Below, one piece after another: positions 59,969-64,000 of a stretch of DNA of 64,000 nucleotides. Source of the stretch: Neoechinorhynchus agilis (lineage: Eukaryota; Animalia; Acanthocephala); assembly GCA_051530055.1 (NCBI GenBank), contig CM121341.1, positions 11,076,784 through 11,140,783 on the forward strand, given 5' to 3'. The notes under the pieces were generated by a model. The model did not search any database. It was not told the DNA's origin and saw nothing but the letters and a program-made list of their open reading frames with translations. A program made the position numbers and the translations under genes. Within the stretch, counting starts at the first letter, position 1. Every line of letters begins with the position of its first letter.

Positions 59969-61827
59969 CAAAGCGCTTATGTATACCACGGAATTCTGCT
60001 TAGTTTTTAATAAAATGAAGACTTTGAAACGTCACATGAACGAAGTTTTGGTTTTTCAGATCGATAGCGCGTTTTTAAAATTATTGGAAATAAGAATGGT
60101 CACTCGGAAGGTCATAACAAAAAGCAAAAAGAAAAATGCTACGATTTATCCTTATTACATTCTCATTATTTCCAAAACAAAACACAGAATCGTCATTTCT
60201 TAGCAAAGAGGAGTTGATTCTTTCGTTTAGTCGTTACTTGCCATCGACATGCCCGCAATTTTGTTATAGACGTCGTCGCTTCTGTCCTAAGCTCTCTATA
60301 AAAAGCACGCCCCGTGGTTTTCTGCGGTGGTGTCGTTAGAGGGAGCGAAATTATGGGGTGCAATGGTGAGCTTTCAGATTTGTAAGCTGTATGCTCAATC
60401 CTGCATCCAACATTGAACCGCTGCGCAAACCGAGTTGGGGATTGTTACGCCATTTCTGAATCTTTGCTGAAACTTCTGCGATGCTTGGTCGAACGGCATC
60501 AATTTTCCCGCACTTTTCACTCCGGAGACTCCAAGGGACAATTTGCTCTTAGCAATCGGTTTCTGGCAAATGAAGTCCAAAGGAGACTGCTCCTTTCCCA
60601 CGGAACTGTTGATGCGCTGCTAGATCTTTTCCTTATCTCTTCTAAAACTGATCTCCTCGAAGAGAGATGGAATGTCGCTACCAAAACCCTACGTTTCAGA
60701 GGATTCACCATGCTGTGACCATTGTGCCCATTAATAGTTTTGGGCAATCGAATTCGTGGGTTCCTGTGCTCTCTCGGTCTTGGCAAGTTATTAAACTAAG
60801 GGATTGAAAAGCAATGAGAAAAACCAAAGGAGCATTTGGTTGCGGTAGCGAACCAAGGCAGTTTAGGAATTCTATCTAAAATCAAGGGTCTGACCAACGT
60901 TTTTTTTGTATTGTGATAGTTTGAGTACTTCATTTTTCTAATCGAAGTCGATAAGATTAGTCGTTAATTTAAGATTGCTAGGAATGGCTGCCTTGCGATT
61001 TTGGCGCTGAGCAACGTTCGAGTGAGCTGGCCAAGTGGTTTTATCAAGCGTAGCTGCACAACTCGACGTTGCTAGTGGTCGTTTATTCCGCTAGAAAAAG
61101 TCGATGGGAACGAGGAGCTCGAAGCATTTCGATAATTTGTTGGTCCGGCCGAAGGAGTTTATCCATGCAAGCAGTCAAATAGCACCGCGGATGCTACCGT
61201 CCTCTAATTTTTCAGATCTTCGTCTTCCGAACGCTTAGTTCGAGGACTCTTGGACACTACAATTGACAGAATAGTGTAGGAAGTACTTGCAGCGTTAATC
61301 GGGTGGCTTAAAGAGGTTGTAGGTTGTACTCACGGGACACGCAATGAAGTTTTAGCGAACCCGAGAAGGAGTGTCCACAGGATTTCGCCTGGAGGCTCTT
61401 CATTAACCGCCTCGATCAAGTCTCCGAGTTTCACCACTATCATAAATCTCGCTGACGAAGAATACATCGGATTAAGCGAGCGTTCTATGCTGGGAGGTTT
61501 CGTAGCGCAGCCAAATCCTCATTGATTTGATCGATTGTGGGTGTAACATTTTCCTGGCACACCTCATTGATTGCAGGAAGGGTACTCGAATGTGGCTTAT
61601 GGGAGCCGGAACATTTGGATCCTCGACGGTGACCGAACACTGTTATTGGCCGTTGTTTCGTGATTATCGGTTGTCCCACGTCGACCTTCCTTTTCCCGTT
61701 TTCTTTGCGCATTGTTCCCAACATCATCAAGCGAAAATCCTTCGGGATGATAGAATTGCTGTGATAATAATCCCTGTTTCATCCGGGAACCACAACTACA
61801 CTCAATATTTATTCTCAAAAATTCACT

Positions 61828-62658
61828 TTATTCGACGTCCAAATTATCCATACCGCGCGGATCGTCCGATCGCTCACACTCTTCGCACATTATCTTTCCC
61901 TTTTCCGTTCCATAAACTCGGAGCTGCGTACTCATTGTTCTGTTACAAAACCCGCATACAAAACACTCGGGACAATAGGATTGAGCGCGACATACGATTC
62001 GAAGGTCTTTCAGTTTCAACTTTTTGCCACATTGAACGCATTCATCGACCATTGCGTCCTGACATTTTAAACAAAACACTTGACTTCCTACTCTTAAAAT
62101 ATCCATTTCCTCAATCTTTTTATTACAATGCTCACAAAAAAAGCAGTCTGCATGGAAGAGTGTCGAATCGTTCATCAAAACAACTTCTCCTTCTTCAATA
62201 AGTTTCTTACATTGGAAACAATCCTTTTCAGTGATCATATCAGCCGCACCGAACACACGAACTGAACAACAATCTGAACAATTCAAATCATTGTTGTCTC
62301 GTACAAAGTCTGTATTTTCCAACCGCTTCTCGCATTTTTTGCACTTTAGACAATCATAATGAACAAAATCATTGCGACCAATTACTAGCGTTTGTTGTTC
62401 TCCTTCAAAAAGCAGTTGATTGCATACTACGCATTTCAGATTCGAACTACACTGTGAACAATAAATAAGAAATTCGTCATTCGAGGACGTGGATATGCAC
62501 TTCATTAAATATCGACTTTGTTTCATGTTTTCACCGCAATCAGCGCATTTTAGACAATCCGCATGAATACGAGTATCGTTCACTAAAACGTGATCTTTTA
62601 AATCGCGGATTTCTAATTTGCAAATTGGACATCTAAATGAGTACTTGGAGGACAGCAT
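61828..62658 (-). CDS. Multi-LIM-domain protein (about four LIM domains)
   Basis: Repeated CxxC...HxxCxxCxxC...CxxC units (HADCLKCADC, HYDCLKCKKC, FHADCFFCEHC, YCPECFVCGFC). C-terminal exon structure uncertain. Confidence 0.88.
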   Translation of the reverse strand: MLSSKYSFRCPICKLEIRDLKDHVLVNDTRIHADCLKCADCGENMKQSRYLMKCISTSSNDEFLIYCSQCSSNLKCVVCNQLLFEGEQQTLVIGRNDFVHYDCLKCKKCEKRLENTDFVRDNNDLNCSDCCSVRVFGAADMITEKDCFQCKKLIEEGEVVLMNDSTLFHADCFFCEHCNKKIEEMDILRVGSQVFCLKCQDAMVDECVQCGKKLKLKDLRIVCRAQSYCPECFVCGFCNRTMSTQLRVYGTEKGKIMCEECERSDDPRGMDNLDVE

Positions 62659-62809
62659 GTTTAAATAAATCGAGTAAAATTTACTTGCAACTAAAATGAT
62701 TCTATGGTGATAGTTATAAACGATTTAGTGGGAAAAAGAATCGCAAACAAGATAGGAGGCGAAATAGTCAGACGATGTGACTGCATCATTTGTACTTTGT
62801 TTGATGATT

Positions 62810-63785
62810 GAGGAAATAGAGATTCATTTATTAATTCCCTTTGTGGCAATATTTAGTCCGTATCGTTGGACTTTTTCAGGTTGTAAAAGTGTTTAATGCG
62901 CACTTGAACGTCAGTTCAGAATTTTGATTTTTTAGTAAACAGATAAACCAAGGATCTGTTTGGTTGTTGTAAAGAATTTGTTTCATGGATGTATTTTGTT
63001 CGGTGTGATATAGAGATTTATTAATTCCTTTGTGACAATATTTCGTCCGTTTCGTTGAACTTTTTCATGTTGCAAAAGTGTTTAATCCACACTTGAAATC
63101 TCAGTCCACAATTTTGATTTTTTAAAAAACGGATTAACCAAGGATCTGTTTTGTTCCTGTAAAGAATTTGTTCATTCATGTATTTTGTTTGATGTGATAT
63201 AGAAATTTATTAATTCCTTTTTTGACAATATTTCATGAGTTTCGTAGGACTTCTTCAGGTTGTAAAAATGTTTAATCCGCATTGGAAATCTCAGTCCAGA
63301 ATTTTGATCTTTTTTTAATAAACAGGTAAACCAAGAATCTGTTTGGTTGTTGTAAAGAATTTGTTTCATGGATGTATATTGTTTGGTGATATAGAGATTA
63401 ATTAATTCCTTTTTTGACAATATTTCATCAGTTCCGTAGGAATTCTTCAGGTTGCAAAAGTGTTTCATTTTCAAGCGCCGATTAAACACTTTTACAACCT
63501 GACGATACGGACGAAATATTGTCAAAAAAGGAATTATTAAATCTCTAAATCAGACGAAATAAAATTCATCCATGAACAAATTCTTTAAAACAATTAAACA
63601 GATCCTTGGTTTTTCTGTTTACTAAAAAAATCAAAATTATGGATTGATGTTCAAGTGCGGATTAAACACTTTTACAATTTGAAGAAGTCCCACGAAACGG
63701 ACGAAATATTGTCACAAAGGGAAATAATCAATCTCTATATCACCAAACAAAATATATCCATAAACAACTTCTTTACAACCACCAC
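62810..63785. repeat. ~190-bp tandem units arranged as a foldback about ~63473
   Basis: tagagatt..ttaattcc...gacaatatttc...caggtt(g)caaaagtgttt runs forward at ~62815, 63012, 63200 and 63392. The reverse complement runs at 63481-63660 and 63661-63785. Confidence 0.9.
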
Positions 63786-63789
63786 TTGT

Positions 63790-63970
63790 GAATTTTCGTG
63801 ATGGCTCAATAATTCGGAGGTGTCCAGCCCACAGTTTTTGATCCACAATCCAGCGGCCAATCGCCAAGGGCGGAAAGATTTGCACGAGATCGTCTTCCAC
63901 CACAATGAGGAGTACGATTCTCATTTTATTCTGACTAAGCTGTCCGACATGACCAATTTAGCCAAATGAA
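63790..63970 (+). mobile_element. Possible Polinton/Maverick-type DNA polymerase B fragment
   Basis: G...RRCPAH.. followed, after a frameshift, by IVFHHNEEYDSHFILTKL, resembling the RG.AH..CNL...PV.FHNL.GYDSH.I motif. Confidence 0.35.
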
Positions 63971-64000
63971 GTTCTTTATCGTATAAGTAAAGCAACTTAG

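Noticed and set aside
61000-61820. Long C-terminal extension of the LIM protein, or the 224-aa plus-strand ORF at 61527-62201
   Set aside because: The candidate splices I tried led to stops. The plus-strand ORF is largely antisense to the LIM gene and has no motif.

Overview
This is AT-rich, compact eukaryotic DNA, very probably animal: short GT-AG introns of about 40-55 nt, homeobox-like and LIM genes, and highly divergent proteins. I cannot assign the species. Recognisable host genes are a divergent cullin (-, 2.7-5.7 kb), NAA60 (+, 11.9-13.1 kb), a sigma-class GST (+, 16.9-17.5 kb), an inverted pair of atypical homeobox paralogs (19.4 and 24.3 kb), RPN2 (+, 30.4-33.4 kb), an Arg-rich protein with an ALYREF/CHTOP-type C-terminal motif (35.2-35.9 kb), a possible very divergent COE/EBF gene (-, 40.9-41.7 kb), a CSN4-like PCI protein (-, 50.4-52.3 kb), RPN1 (-, 53.9-55.8 kb) with a duplicated first exon (59.5-60.0 kb), and a multi-LIM protein (-, 61.8-62.7 kb). 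Between them lie decayed mobile elements: Jockey/CR1-like LINEs, RTE, several CRE-clade fragments, Ty3/gypsy, a Helitron, and possible pogo and Polinton remnants. There are also several tandem-repeat families and three foldback hairpins. The most notable structures are (i) a ~375-bp satellite array joined to a conserved tail, present three times, one copy lying between two near-identical RPN1 first exons that differ at a GT/GC candidate splice donor; (ii) homeodomains lacking Asn51 that share a 14-bp upstream motif; and (iii) the COE-like gene. All protein identifications are from motif recognition by eye, with no searches run, and element boundaries are approximate.
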